Assembly (NCBI GenBank): GCA_000995965.1
Contig: LBYD01000001.1
Coordinates: 279,040-343,039 of the forward strand
Source: Candidatus Moranbacteria bacterium GW2011_GWC2_40_12
GTDB lineage: Bacteria > Patescibacteriota > Minisyncoccia > Moranbacterales > UBA11712
DNA length: 64,000 nucleotides
Direction of reading: 5' to 3'
Shown here: piece by piece, positions 1-9,247 of the stretch
How positions within the stretch are numbered: position 1 is the first letter of the stretch
Layout of the letters: each line of letters opens with the position of its first letter
The notes under the pieces: model-generated
Databases searched by the model: none
The model's input: the letters and a program-made list of their open reading frames with translations, nothing else
Told to the model about the DNA's origin: nothing
Position numbers and translations under genes: made by a program

Positions 1-74
1 CGCAAAATGTCCATTCCGCTGACCATGGCCAAAATAAACATGGCGATAACCAGGACGAAAAATATTTTTATCAT
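1..74 (-). CDS. partial CDS: N-terminus of a small hydrophobic membrane protein that continues beyond the window start
   Basis: ATG at 74-72 on minus strand; translation MIKIFFVLVIAMFILAMVSGMDIL... runs off the window. Confidence 0.3.
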   Translation of the reverse strand, partial: MIKIFFVLVIAMFILAMVSGMDIL

Positions 75-96
75 TTTCAAGTTGAATTCGGCCATG

Positions 97-1470
97 TTAT
101 CTTGTTCCCCATCCGCGATCGTTTATGCGAAGAAGCGCGTAGATGGTAAGAAATGACAAAAAAAACAAATTGAACAGCGCCCAAGGGAAATAATATATCC
201 AGTATTTGTTCTCCGGCGCAACCGAACGGTAGTATGCCAGAAAAATAGCCGCGAGAAGCAATACTCCCGCCACATGAAAATATGGGAATATTCCTTTTAG
301 GATCGGCAAATAGAAAAGAGCCCGCCCCGCCATTATTGGAGAAAGATAGGTCACGCCTACCAGCGGAAAAAAATAGGTGAACGCCACGAAGGGCTGCGTC
401 TTCCAAATGAATCGGGCATTGTAAAAGGCATTCACCAGCCAAGATTTTTTCCAGCGTATTTGCTGATTTATAAGCTGTCGAAGATTCTCCGGAACAATGG
501 TTTCTGCTTTCACCTTGTTTGAATAAATGGTGCGATATCCGGCTTTCAGCACTCGGCTCGTGAGCGCCCTGTCATCTCCCCACGGAACAGGATTCCCCAG
601 AAATGTTTCTTCCATCCATTCATCCAGAAGAGGAAGTACCAGGCTTTTTCTGTAGGCTGATGCGCAGCCGCTGCAACAAAAAACCGTGAGAAATGATGAC
701 TCTGCCGCCTTGAGGACCCGAAATGACATGAAATAGTAGGCGGCCTGCATTTTTGTGAGAAAATTCCGGTCGGCATTCCTCGGGTCGGTGTGGGCGGATA
801 CCGCGCCTATGACCGGATTGCGGAACGGCTCGATGATTTTTTTGAATGTCGCAGGGTCGATAAAACTGTCGCTGTCCAGCTGAACCACTATTTCTCCCTT
901 GGCAAGGCGAAATCCCTCATTCATGGCATGTTTTTTTCCCTTGTTTTCCGACCAGTCGATGACCAGAAGGTTTTCATGTTTTTTCAGCATCCCCTTCATT
1001 ATCTCCCCCGTTCCGTCAGTGCTGCCGTCGTTGACGGCAATCACCTCGATTTTTTCCTTTGGATAGTCCGCCCGGAAACAATTGGTGATGGCCTCAGCGA
1101 TTTCTTTTTCTTCGTTCTTGCATGGAATCACAAAAGTCACATTCGGTTCAAATTCCCCGTTTTTTCCCGAAGTTGCCGGATTTTTGCCCGCATCCCACCC
1201 GTTTGCGCTCGTCGCCAAAACACTGCCCCGATATGAATTTTCATAAAACATGGCGGCGATCAGCCTCGAAAGCTGGAATGTTGTCACAAAAATCGTATAA
1301 ACATAAAGAAGCGGTTCGAACCCGAAAGATTCCGCCACTTCGGCTTTCATCAAAGTGATGAAAAATAAAAAAGCGATCCCCAAAAAAATCAGAAGGAGTT
1401 GAAAAAGGGCTCCTCGGAAAGAAAATTGGGAAAAAATATTTTCGGAAGTTTTTGTCTGTATGCCGTTCAT
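97..1470 (-). CDS. family-2 glycosyltransferase, processive membrane type (cellulose synthase/NodC/PgaC-like)
   Basis: VIAVNDGSTDGT, DSD (DXD) and QQIRW (QxxRW) motifs; several TM helices either side of the catalytic domain. Confidence 0.85.
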   Translation of the reverse strand: MNGIQTKTSENIFSQFSFRGALFQLLLIFLGIAFLFFITLMKAEVAESFGFEPLLYVYTIFVTTFQLSRLIAAMFYENSYRGSVLATSANGWDAGKNPATSGKNGEFEPNVTFVIPCKNEEKEIAEAITNCFRADYPKEKIEVIAVNDGSTDGTGEIMKGMLKKHENLLVIDWSENKGKKHAMNEGFRLAKGEIVVQLDSDSFIDPATFKKIIEPFRNPVIGAVSAHTDPRNADRNFLTKMQAAYYFMSFRVLKAAESSFLTVFCCSGCASAYRKSLVLPLLDEWMEETFLGNPVPWGDDRALTSRVLKAGYRTIYSNKVKAETIVPENLRQLINQQIRWKKSWLVNAFYNARFIWKTQPFVAFTYFFPLVGVTYLSPIMAGRALFYLPILKGIFPYFHVAGVLLLAAIFLAYYRSVAPENKYWIYYFPWALFNLFFLSFLTIYALLRINDRGWGTR

Positions 1471-1564
1471 TGCCCTATCGCTTTGTTTCCAGTTAGCTGT
1501 TTGCTAATACGTATTTTTTTTATTTATTGTTTCTCCATATCGACAAGTCAGCAATGTCGAAGAT

Positions 1565-1606
1565 AATAAAAAAAGCCTGGCCTTATTATCCCCCGGGCTT
1601 TTATCC
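1565..1606. terminator. bidirectional intrinsic terminator (hairpin AGCCUGG...CCGGGCU flanked by A-run and U-run)
   Basis: aaaaaaagcctggccttattatcccccgggctttt immediately 3' of alaS. Confidence 0.45.
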
Positions 1607-1655
1607 TCCCTTTGACGATATTTCAAAGGATGCGTCGATATTTTCCGATGGAAGC

Positions 1656-3497
1656 TTATTCCAATACTGCCTTGATTCTGCGCACTCCCGCACTGGAGGC
1701 TTCTTCTTTTTTTATACGAAAATTTCCAAGCGCACCTGTCGCGTCCGCGTGCGGACCGCCGCAGATTTCGGAAGAAAAATCAAAAATGCTGTATACCTTG
1801 ACTTTGTCCCCGTATTTTTCCCCGAATACCCCCATGGCACCCATTTTTTGCGCGTCTTCAAGCGTCATTTCCTCGCATTTCACGGGAATATCTTTTGAAA
1901 TGGCTTCGTTGACTAATCCTTCGGTTTTTTGAATTTCTTCTGGAGTCATTTTCTTTTCGTGGGAAAAATCAAGCCGCAATCTCTCGCCTGTGATGTTTGA
2001 TCCTTTTTGGATGACATGGTCACCCAATACTTTTCGGAGAGCCGCCAGAAGAAGATGCGTGGCTGTGTGAAGCCTGGCCGCGCTTTCGCCCGCATCCGCC
2101 AGTCCTCCCTTGAACATTCCCGCGCTGACCGTCCTCGACAGCTCCTGATGCTTTTTGAAATGTTCGTGATAAGATTCTTCATCTACTGCGATGCCATGTT
2201 CACGTGCGATTTCTTTGGTGAGTTCAAGCGGAAAGCCATATGTTGAAAAAAGATGAAAGGCTTTCTCGCCGGAAATTTTTTCCGCGCTCCGGCTTTCAGC
2301 GATGATTTCTTTTATTTTTTTGAGGCCTTTTTCAAGTGTTTGCCGGAATTTCATTTCTTCCTGATTGAGAGCTTCGATGATTTTTTCCGTTTCGCGTCCA
2401 AGCTCGGGATAAACTTCCTTATATTCGGAAATCACGACTTCCGCGATTTTCGAAGTGAAATTGCCTTCGATTCCCAGAATTTTTCCCTGGCGGACCGCCC
2501 GCCGGATGAGCCGGCGAAGGACATAGCCCCGCTCGACATTCGAAGGCAAAACGCCGTCCGCGATCATGAAAGTGGCCGCCTTCAAGTGGTCGGAAACTAT
2601 TCTCATGGAAATTTTTGATTCATCTTCGCTATAGTTTTTTGCGGACAACTCCTCGATCCTTCTGATAATGGGCTGAAAAAATTCCGTGTCAAAAACATTG
2701 TCTTTTCCGGTCAAAACGACAAGCGTTCTCTCCAGCCCCATGCCCGTGTCAACATTTTGCTGTTTCATTTTTTCAAAAGTCGCGTCCGCTTTTTTGTTGA
2801 ATTCCATGAAAACATCATTCCAGATTTCCATCAGACGAAAATTCTTGACAAGGCTTCCGAAAGTATCGTTCACTTTTCCGAGTTCCGGCGAAACATCATA
2901 AAACATTTCGGTGCAAGGCCCGCAAGGCCCCGTTTTTCCTGCCGGTCCCCACCAGTTGTCGTCTTTTCCAAGCGGAATAATTCTTTTCTCATAATTCACA
3001 ATCCTATCTTCGCCGGCTGCTTCGGCTTTGATGCCGACTTTGGCAAATTGCTCCTGCCAGATCCGGATGGATTCTTCGTCACGCACCGCGTCCTCATCGC
3101 CTTCAAACACCGTCACATAGAGCCGGCGCGGGTCGAGCCCCAGCCATTTTTCGCTTGTTATAAATTCAAAGCTCCACTCAATCGCTTCGCGTTTGAAGTA
3201 ATCTCCGAGCGACCAATTTCCGAGCATTTCAAAGAAAGTGAGATGGCGGTTGTCGCCCACTTCGTCAATATCAACAGTGCGGACGCATTTTTGGACGTTC
3301 GCGAGGCGCTTTCCTTTGGGATGTTTTTCGCCCATGAGAAAAGGCACGAGGGGATGCATTCCGGCGGTCGTGAAAAGCACCGTCGGGTCGTTTTCCGGAA
3401 CAACCGGAGCAGACGGAATGATGGCGTGTTCTTTTTCCTTGAAAAAATCGAGATATTTTTGTCTTAATTCTCGAGAGGTCATAAATTTCTTGGCCAA
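1656..3497 (-). CDS. alaS: alanyl-tRNA synthetase, short form (613 aa; catalytic + editing domains, no C-terminal C-Ala domain)
   Basis: N-terminus FTTAGMHPLVPF..., WSLGDYF, editing-domain HTATHLL motif; ends after GGPHADATG. Confidence 0.9.
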   Translation of the reverse strand: MAKKFMTSRELRQKYLDFFKEKEHAIIPSAPVVPENDPTVLFTTAGMHPLVPFLMGEKHPKGKRLANVQKCVRTVDIDEVGDNRHLTFFEMLGNWSLGDYFKREAIEWSFEFITSEKWLGLDPRRLYVTVFEGDEDAVRDEESIRIWQEQFAKVGIKAEAAGEDRIVNYEKRIIPLGKDDNWWGPAGKTGPCGPCTEMFYDVSPELGKVNDTFGSLVKNFRLMEIWNDVFMEFNKKADATFEKMKQQNVDTGMGLERTLVVLTGKDNVFDTEFFQPIIRRIEELSAKNYSEDESKISMRIVSDHLKAATFMIADGVLPSNVERGYVLRRLIRRAVRQGKILGIEGNFTSKIAEVVISEYKEVYPELGRETEKIIEALNQEEMKFRQTLEKGLKKIKEIIAESRSAEKISGEKAFHLFSTYGFPLELTKEIAREHGIAVDEESYHEHFKKHQELSRTVSAGMFKGGLADAGESAARLHTATHLLLAALRKVLGDHVIQKGSNITGERLRLDFSHEKKMTPEEIQKTEGLVNEAISKDIPVKCEEMTLEDAQKMGAMGVFGEKYGDKVKVYSIFDFSSEICGGPHADATGALGNFRIKKEEASSAGVRRIKAVLE

Positions 3498-3739
3498 CCT
3501 TTTTCAATATCTAAACTATGAATTATCCGAGTCTTGCCCGCCAAAGCCTTGGCGTCGGCGGGTCGGAGTTGGTTGGCTGTCATATCTTATTTGAGGCGGT
3601 CCGACCGCTCACCCCTTCGTCTGCGATCGGAACGCTTGAATTCCAGTGATTACAAAAGTAGCTTATTTTATTATAATTGTAAAGAAAAAGCCCGATGACT
3701 TCTTCGGGCGCAAGGCATTCAGCTGGATCCGCGAATTGA

Positions 3740-4045
3740 CTACTGTATAATTTTCATTTTCTTTTTTAGGCCCCTGATCTCTTCTTCCGAATACCTCTGG
3801 TTTTCCTGAATTTTTTTCAGCTTCCTGTCAAGGGCGTCACGTTCGACCCGGATGCGCTCTTCGCTTTTTTTCAGCCTTCTCTGCTCAATTTCAAGAATTT
3901 CTCTTTCGCGGAGAATTTTTTTTAGATTGGATTCGGAAATCACAATCTGGCTCTCGAGCTCCATTTTTTGCCGGCGGATATCGCCCGGATCAGAAGCGCC
4001 GCCGCTATCGTCACTGTTTTGTGAATAATCGTCGAGTAATCCCAT
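3740..4045 (-). CDS. hypothetical small coiled-coil protein (K/E/R-rich)
   Basis: 101-aa ORF, heptad-like charged repeats, tightly packed upstream of mnmA. Confidence 0.45.
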   Translation of the reverse strand: MGLLDDYSQNSDDSGGASDPGDIRRQKMELESQIVISESNLKKILREREILEIEQRRLKKSEERIRVERDALDRKLKKIQENQRYSEEEIRGLKKKMKIIQ

Positions 4046-4051
4046 AAGAAT

Positions 4052-5155
4052 TCAAATTATTGTGCCTCCCCCCAAAACTTCTCCATTTTTATAAAAAACC
4101 GCTGACTGGCCCGCTGTCACCGCCCGAAATGGCCTTTTAGTCTCGACAAGAAGCCTTCCCGACTTGCCTGGTATTATTTTAGCAGATATTCTCGTTGAAT
4201 GGTAGCGAATTTGAACGTCAGCCCGGAACGGCGATTTTTTCTTTTCATTTGTCCAATTGACTTTGCTCACCCAAAATTTCTCTTTGTGCAGCTTTTTCGA
4301 GTCGTTTGTGACAATCAGTTCATTTTTTCGAATATTTTTTCCGATTACCCAATACGGTCCGGTTCCTCCGATTTCGATCCCTTTTCGCTGTCCGATCGTA
4401 AAAATGGGCAAACCTCTATGTCTTCCCAAAACTTTTCCCGCTTCATCAATGATGTTTCCGGTTTCTGATTCAATATTCTTTGAAAAATATTTCATGGCGT
4501 CATTATCCGGCATAAAGCAGATATCTTGCGACTCATTCGTGGCAACCGGCAATTTCATTTCTTTCGCCATTTTTTTTACTTCTGATTTTTTATATCCTCC
4601 CAGCGGAAAAATAATTTTCGACAGATCTTTTTGAGCCAATTTATATAGAAAATACGATTGGTCTTTTGTTTTGTCTTCAGCTTCAAAAAGTCCGGCTTTG
4701 AAAAATTTCGGCGGCTTGCTGGCTGAAAGGCAAAGGCCGGACTTTGATTCACCGGCTAAAATACGCCCGCTTATTTTGGCGTAATGACCGGTTGCCGCAT
4801 AATCCGCCTTTTCTTTCTTCATCAAATCGAAAAGCAGGCAAAATTTCATCTCCTTGTTGCATACGACGCAGGGATTGGGGGTCTGGCCTTTTTTGTACGC
4901 GTTGAGAAAATAATCAATCACCCGCTTTTTGAATTCTTTCCGCGCGTCAATTATTTTCAGCGGAATTCCCAATTTATTCGCGATTTTTTTCACTTGGAAA
5001 CTTAGTTTCCAAGTTTGTTTGGTGAAGACAAAATAAGCACCAATAACTTCGTATCCCTGCTTTTTGAGCAGCGCCGCCGCCACTGCCGAATCCACCCCGC
5101 CGGAAAGGGCGACAACGATTTTTTTATGATTATCTTTTGGTCGCTTGTTCATCAT
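4052..5155 (-). CDS. mnmA: tRNA-specific 2-thiouridylase MnmA
   Basis: PP-loop SGGVDSAVAA, catalytic NPCVVCNKEMKF; contains an in-frame palindromic-element insertion (TWKLSFQV). Confidence 0.9.
   Translation of the reverse strand: MMNKRPKDNHKKIVVALSGGVDSAVAAALLKKQGYEVIGAYFVFTKQTWKLSFQVKKIANKLGIPLKIIDARKEFKKRVIDYFLNAYKKGQTPNPCVVCNKEMKFCLLFDLMKKEKADYAATGHYAKISGRILAGESKSGLCLSASKPPKFFKAGLFEAEDKTKDQSYFLYKLAQKDLSKIIFPLGGYKKSEVKKMAKEMKLPVATNESQDICFMPDNDAMKYFSKNIESETGNIIDEAGKVLGRHRGLPIFTIGQRKGIEIGGTGPYWVIGKNIRKNELIVTNDSKKLHKEKFWVSKVNWTNEKKKSPFRADVQIRYHSTRISAKIIPGKSGRLLVETKRPFRAVTAGQSAVFYKNGEVLGGGTII
4982..5004. repeat. PE-A: 23-nt perfect palindrome ACTTGGAAACT-T/A-AGTTTCCAAGT, copy inserted in-frame in mnmA
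   Basis: identical to the palindromes flanking and inside the RAYT-like gene at 14337-14996. Confidence 0.8.
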
Positions 5156-5202
5156 CTAGCTTTACATGATAGGTTATTTAATGGCTGCTGTCAATTCCGC
5201 GA

Positions 5203-5268
5203 TAAGAAGAAAATCCCTTTTACAAGGGATAAAAATGAGCCTAGAGCACAATCATTCGCCCTAGGCTC
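5203..5268 (-). terminator. two tandem intrinsic terminators (GAGCCUAGGGCG..CUCUAGGCUC + AUUUUU; AUCCCUUGUAAAAGGGAU + UUUCUUCUU)
   Basis: hairpins each followed by U-runs on the minus strand, downstream of ORF 5287-5796 and upstream of mnmA. Confidence 0.45.
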
Positions 5269-5286
5269 AACTCGTTGAGGGTGATA

Positions 5287-5796
5287 TTACAGCCCTTGAA
5301 AAGGCAGGACCGGGAAAAGCCGCGGTGAAGCTTGCGACTTGGGGCTGCTGCTCCATACGGTAAGCTGATCCATTGATCGGAGGATTTGCTCCGGCCGAAC
5401 CTGACTCAGAAAAGACCCGAGCGAGCCCCCCAGGAGTTGCAAACCGGAATTTCCAGCAACCTCCCTTAACGACTTTGTGAATATCCATCCTTCTCCGAGA
5501 TCCAACACCTCGTGGCGAAATACGAATTCACACTGGGTCTCGGTTAAAAAATCCACCCGGATGATGTCGGCCGACATTTGTCTTCCCCAGAAAGCGGTGT
5601 CGGAGCAGAAGATCAAATTGACGATTCCCCACTTTCCAGGTTCACGCACGAGTCCCGTGGGCCAGAAATTTAGTTTGAGCTCGCGAATGAACTCGTGAAT
5701 TGCCGCCCCCAAAACGAGCTGAGGCGGATAATTGTGGGGTAAAAGCAAACGCAAGCCGCGCACTATTTCAAAAAACAATTCGAGTCTCAACTTCAT
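5287..5796 (-). CDS. hypothetical protein, GC-elevated, no recognisable family (alternatively a structured RNA locus)
   Basis: strong SD AAGGAGGU 6 nt before ATG; TTGACA-like promoter upstream; two terminators downstream; composition about 50% GC versus about 38% in flanks; C-terminal half is low complexity. Confidence 0.35.
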   Translation of the reverse strand: MKLRLELFFEIVRGLRLLLPHNYPPQLVLGAAIHEFIRELKLNFWPTGLVREPGKWGIVNLIFCSDTAFWGRQMSADIIRVDFLTETQCEFVFRHEVLDLGEGWIFTKSLREVAGNSGLQLLGGSLGSFLSQVRPEQILRSMDQLTVWSSSPKSQASPRLFPVLPFQGL

Positions 5797-6030
5797 CGCC
5801 GACCTCCTTGAAATTTATATTGCCAATAAAAAACTTCAATCACGCTGCCGAACGTTCTCGACATAGTATTGAAGCATTTTTTTGAACATCTGTCAATAGC
5901 GCACTAAAGAAAGCAATAAATTGTTATATTTAAAGCTTTTTTACCCCATGAAGTGTATAACGCTACAAAATAAATTGCATTTTCAAGGCGCTTCCCCCAG
6001 CCGTATTTCATCTTTTGGCGACAAAAAATT

Positions 6031-7917
6031 TCAGCGGCTGCTTAGGCTCTCTTTAATCAGGCTCCGCACTTCCGCAAGATTCACCTGCTTTCTTGGCCGC
6101 TCGTTTCTTTCCCGCTTGAATTGCCGTGGCGGCATTTTTGACGCTTCACGAAGAGTAACAGTTCTTTGCGGCTGAAATCTTTCATTTCGCGGCTCTCTTT
6201 GATCGTTTGCGGCTCGGCTGCCTTGCGACTGCTGGATCTTGGCCTGCTGGCGCTGATAATCCTTGAGGCAGTCTTTGCAAAAAGTGGGCCGGGATCCGTC
6301 CGGCTTGAAGGGTACTTCTATGTCTATGTCGCAGCTCGCGCACTTGGCCGCATACATTTGCCTGCCGGAGTCGTTTCGCCCGCCTGCTTCGACTCGCGAA
6401 GCATTTCGGGCAGGTGAAGCTTTGCCGGCGGGACGATTGACGCCCGCAACGACCGCTTTTTGATTTTCGCCGGAACTTTTGATTCGTCTTGCGTCTTCCG
6501 CTTTGGCCGGCGGTTTTATTTTTTTCCCGACGATGTCATTTTTCATGTTTTTAGGGATTGAATTTGTTTGCTTGTCTTTCGTCCTTAGCTCTCTGATGAT
6601 ATTTTTCTGGCTGGCCAAATCTTTTTCAGTTACCATCCCGCTCCAGCGGGCGATTTTGTCTTCAACAATTTCCCGATCCGTCCCATACCGCTCCCGCGTG
6701 ATGCGAATCACTTTTTCTTCATTTTCCAGCGTTTTCGAAAGGTCAAACGGCGGAAGTGTCGAGGCTGAAAAAGCGTTTCCGGCTATTCCGTCAATCATCA
6801 GCTTTATATAAATTTGCCGGTTTGGAAGATTCACGAGATCCTGGATGACAAATACCGGCTCAAATTCCTTCTCCAGGAATTCGGCATCTTCTGCCCCGAC
6901 CCTGAAAACGCAAAGTGTCCCGACGTTCCCAAAAACCGCGTCTCGAACCCTCGTTGACGTATCCGTCACCAGCTGGCCGATATACTGATGGGCAATAATC
7001 AAATTAAGGTGATATTTTCTCGCTTCAGACAGAATATTGGCAAACGAATCAGTCGCGAAATTTTGGAATTCATCAACATACAAATAGAAATCTTTTCGCT
7101 CTTCTTCCGGAACATCCACCCGGGCCATGGCGGCCAGCTGAATTTTGGTGATCATCATCGCCCCGAGGAGAGCGCTGTTATCTTCGCCTATCCGGCCTTT
7201 GGAAAGGTTCATGACGAGAACTTTTCCCTGGTCCATCAGCTCGCGGATGTTGAAAGCCGATTTTGTTTGCCCGACAATGTTCCGGATAAGGGCGCTCGAA
7301 AGGAATTGACCGACTTTGTTTTGAATCGGCGAAATCACTTCTTGAAGGACCCGCTCATTCCATTGGGTGAATTCATCCACCCAGAACGACCTGACAACGG
7401 GATCGGAAATTTTTTCGACAACGCGCGCCCGGTAATGTTTATCAACCAGAATGCGGGTAACTCCCAAGAGTGTGCTGCCCGGATATTCCAGAAGTGCCAA
7501 AATAGCATTGCGAAGAATGTATTCGAGTCTTGGCCCCCATGAATCCGCCCAAATTTTTTTGAACACTCCGACCAGTCCCGATGCAATGAGATGCCGGTAT
7601 TCCGTGTCAACTTTTTCCATCACGTTGAATGCGATGGGATATTCCTGATCGGCCGGATTGAAATAAATGATGTCGTTTATCCGGTTGGAGGGAATCGATT
7701 TGATGACGGTTTCGGCAAACTCGCCGTGCGGATCAACGATTGCCACGCCCCGGCCGCTGTGGATATCCTGTATTGCCATATTTTGGATCATGGTGGTTTT
7801 TCCGGTTCCGGTTTTCCCGACAACATAAAAGTGCCGGCGCCGATCGTCGGTTTTGATTCCAAAAACCCTGTCCTGCCCGCGGAAATTTGTTTTAGCGAAT
7901 GTTGTGATCTCGTTCAT
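6031..7917 (-). CDS. P-loop ATPase of the T4SS DNA-binding-domain / VirD4-TraD-TraG-like (FtsK-HerA superfamily) with basic C-terminal tail and Cys4 zinc ribbon
   Basis: Walker A VVGKTGTGKTT after HFYV; DEFQNF Walker-B-like; C-terminal CASCD...CKDC ribbon and R/K-rich tail. Confidence 0.7.
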   Translation of the reverse strand: MNEITTFAKTNFRGQDRVFGIKTDDRRRHFYVVGKTGTGKTTMIQNMAIQDIHSGRGVAIVDPHGEFAETVIKSIPSNRINDIIYFNPADQEYPIAFNVMEKVDTEYRHLIASGLVGVFKKIWADSWGPRLEYILRNAILALLEYPGSTLLGVTRILVDKHYRARVVEKISDPVVRSFWVDEFTQWNERVLQEVISPIQNKVGQFLSSALIRNIVGQTKSAFNIRELMDQGKVLVMNLSKGRIGEDNSALLGAMMITKIQLAAMARVDVPEEERKDFYLYVDEFQNFATDSFANILSEARKYHLNLIIAHQYIGQLVTDTSTRVRDAVFGNVGTLCVFRVGAEDAEFLEKEFEPVFVIQDLVNLPNRQIYIKLMIDGIAGNAFSASTLPPFDLSKTLENEEKVIRITRERYGTDREIVEDKIARWSGMVTEKDLASQKNIIRELRTKDKQTNSIPKNMKNDIVGKKIKPPAKAEDARRIKSSGENQKAVVAGVNRPAGKASPARNASRVEAGGRNDSGRQMYAAKCASCDIDIEVPFKPDGSRPTFCKDCLKDYQRQQAKIQQSQGSRAANDQREPRNERFQPQRTVTLREASKMPPRQFKRERNERPRKQVNLAEVRSLIKESLSSR

Positions 7918-7950
7918 TTTATTGCAAGGAGCCTAAGCTTCTTATGAATC

Positions 7951-9222
7951 TTATTCGACGGGTAAATTCAATGGCGCGCCGCTTTTCTTGGCTTCAATGT
8001 GGGCAATCGCCGGAGACATGGCTGACATGTCCGGCAAATGCCAGATTGTCGCCAGTTCTTCCGTATTCAGATACATATTGGGCCCGTCATTGTCTCGAGT
8101 CAGATACCGGCGGAAAATTTTTCTCTGAGCCCATTTCATGCGATAAGGCCTGAACCAATAGTTGGCGAATGTTTTTGTTTCATTATCCTTGGCAAAGGAA
8201 TTCAAGTTGGGATCGCCAAACTGATGGGTAAATCCGTCCGGCGCCTGATAAAAAACCTTCTTGAAGCTTTCCCGCGGCGCAATATAAAGCAGCCTCAATT
8301 TCGTCCTAAAGGCCTTTTTGTTGAGGCTCTCCTCAACCGCCTGAAGGACATCCTTTTCCACCGGAGTCAGCCGAAACTGCAAAGGCTGTTCCTCTTTTTT
8401 TTCAGCTTTTTTTTCCTCGATCGGCCCAAAAATATTTTTTATTGAAGAGGCCAAAATGTCGAGAACCTCCGAAAAGAAATACACGATAGCCCATGATTCT
8501 TTTTTTATTTCCCGGTTGGCCAGTTTTGCCACCACTTTTTTGACCTCCGGCGCCCACTCTTTATCCTTGACGGGCCTTACGAGTATCTGGAGCCAAATTT
8601 GGTGGCCTGGCGGCAGAGTCGTGATCATGTCCGCCAGGGGCGCCAAAGGCTCGATCATCCCCTTGGTTACCTCTTCCTGGAATTTGTGATACGTCCGGAT
8701 AGGAAAAGCATCGTCTTTCGCCAGCTTATAATCCGTTCCCCACAAATTCCACTCCGGATTGGGAGCATTGGAAGGCACCGAATTGACATAGTCTTCCGCT
8801 TCCTCGATTTCGGCTTCCGGATACTGCGAATATACCGCCGATTCGATCAAATTGCGATAGCGGGATTCGGTCCGGATATAAAAATGCATTTCGCCATTCA
8901 CTCCCTGGATTTCGAAAGCAAAAATCGACTGGAAAAATCTCCCTTGAAAATATTTGTCGAAATAGTTGGGCGTTGACCAAATCCCGTGCAGGACAATAAA
9001 AATCTGCTCCATTGTTCTGGGGCTTCGCTCGATATTTCGGGGAGGCTTGATTTCAAGAAGCGTCCATTTGATGGTTGAAGAATAGTCCCTCCAGAGCTGC
9101 CGCCAATAAAGCTCGAAAAAAGTGAAATACAGCGCCACGGGAAAAACAAACCACCAGGTGGCTGAAACGGCCATTTTTATCTGAAGATAATATTCGATTA
9201 TGGGCTGAAAAATGCTTCCCAT
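7951..9222 (-). CDS. hypothetical N-terminally membrane-anchored protein, probable partner of the VirD4-like ATPase
   Basis: 423-aa ORF with two N-terminal TM helices, 34-nt gap to the ATPase gene downstream, same strand. Confidence 0.5.
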   Translation of the reverse strand: MGSIFQPIIEYYLQIKMAVSATWWFVFPVALYFTFFELYWRQLWRDYSSTIKWTLLEIKPPRNIERSPRTMEQIFIVLHGIWSTPNYFDKYFQGRFFQSIFAFEIQGVNGEMHFYIRTESRYRNLIESAVYSQYPEAEIEEAEDYVNSVPSNAPNPEWNLWGTDYKLAKDDAFPIRTYHKFQEEVTKGMIEPLAPLADMITTLPPGHQIWLQILVRPVKDKEWAPEVKKVVAKLANREIKKESWAIVYFFSEVLDILASSIKNIFGPIEEKKAEKKEEQPLQFRLTPVEKDVLQAVEESLNKKAFRTKLRLLYIAPRESFKKVFYQAPDGFTHQFGDPNLNSFAKDNETKTFANYWFRPYRMKWAQRKIFRRYLTRDNDGPNMYLNTEELATIWHLPDMSAMSPAIAHIEAKKSGAPLNLPVE

Positions 9223-9247
9223 TGCCAGTTTTTGTTTTTAAATTATT

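Noticed and set aside
790-1236. Plus-strand ORFs antisense to real genes (also 2757-3467, 17684-18493, 48335-49090, 61998-62888 and similar)
   Set aside because: Low-complexity translations lying entirely within strongly supported minus-strand genes; no SD or promoter.
5160-5800. RNase P RNA or SRP RNA
   Set aside because: Only weak partial resemblance to the P4/CR motifs (GGAAAUUCCGG vs GGAAAGUCCGGGC) and to SRP domain IV. Conserved GGUAAGAGC/ACAGAACCCGGCUUA segments are absent; left as unassigned.
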